A stretch of DNA of 62,908 nucleotides, filler included, from Jimgerdemannia flammicorona (lineage: Eukaryota): the NCBI GenBank assembly GCA_003990765.1. It is 3 parts of 3 records of this genome, joined end to end, with 100 filler letters (N's around TTAATTAATTAA, not from the genome) between each part and the next. Parts side by side here need not be neighbours in the genome. Positions count along the whole stretch, not along the records: positions 42,029 to 62,908 come from RBNJ01001574.1; 2 more parts are not named here. One strand, 5' to 3'. Below, one piece after another: positions 62,885-62,908 of this stretch. How positions within the stretch are numbered: the stretch's first letter is position 1; each line of letters starts with the position of its first letter. The position numbers and the translations under genes are program-made. The notes under the pieces were generated by a model. It did not search any database and was not told where the DNA came from. It saw nothing but the letters and a program-made list of their open reading frames with translations.

Positions 62885-62908
62885 CTTTTTTTTTTTTTTT
62901 TTTTTTTT

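Overview
Eukaryotic, almost certainly fungal, DNA. Short GT-AG introns, a Zn2Cys6-like motif and a KCTD-type BTB gene, together with L1/Tx1 LINEs and a Penelope-like element, suggest an early-diverging lineage such as Mucoromycota (inference). Two artificial 100-nt N gaps (20920-21019, 41929-42028) split the window into three contigs. Positions 1-41928 are a nested transposon graveyard. It holds an endonuclease-less Penelope-like retroelement with pseudo-LTRs and a fold-back end, five or six Ty3/Gypsy elements or remnants (one two-LTR copy carrying dUTPase), a near full-length L1/Tx1-type LINE, a poly(A)/TSD-flanked minisatellite retro-insertion and AT-rich C-to-T-decayed DNA. Positions 42029-62908 are genic: a BTB gene, a six-exon gene with a CdiA/BECR-toxin-like C-terminal domain, a five-exon conserved hypothetical gene, and a five-unit tandem array of an intronless gene. 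That gene combines a C2H2 finger, a Zn2Cys6-like cluster and an importin-alpha-like C-terminal ARM segment. Best candidates for undescribed biology: (1) the zinc-finger/importin-alpha-ARM fusion array; (2) the self-priming hairpin architecture and putative -1 frameshift of the Penelope-like element; (3) an accessory ORF family shared by several Gypsy elements, in one case lying inside the LTR. All family assignments come from motif recognition by eye; no searches were run.
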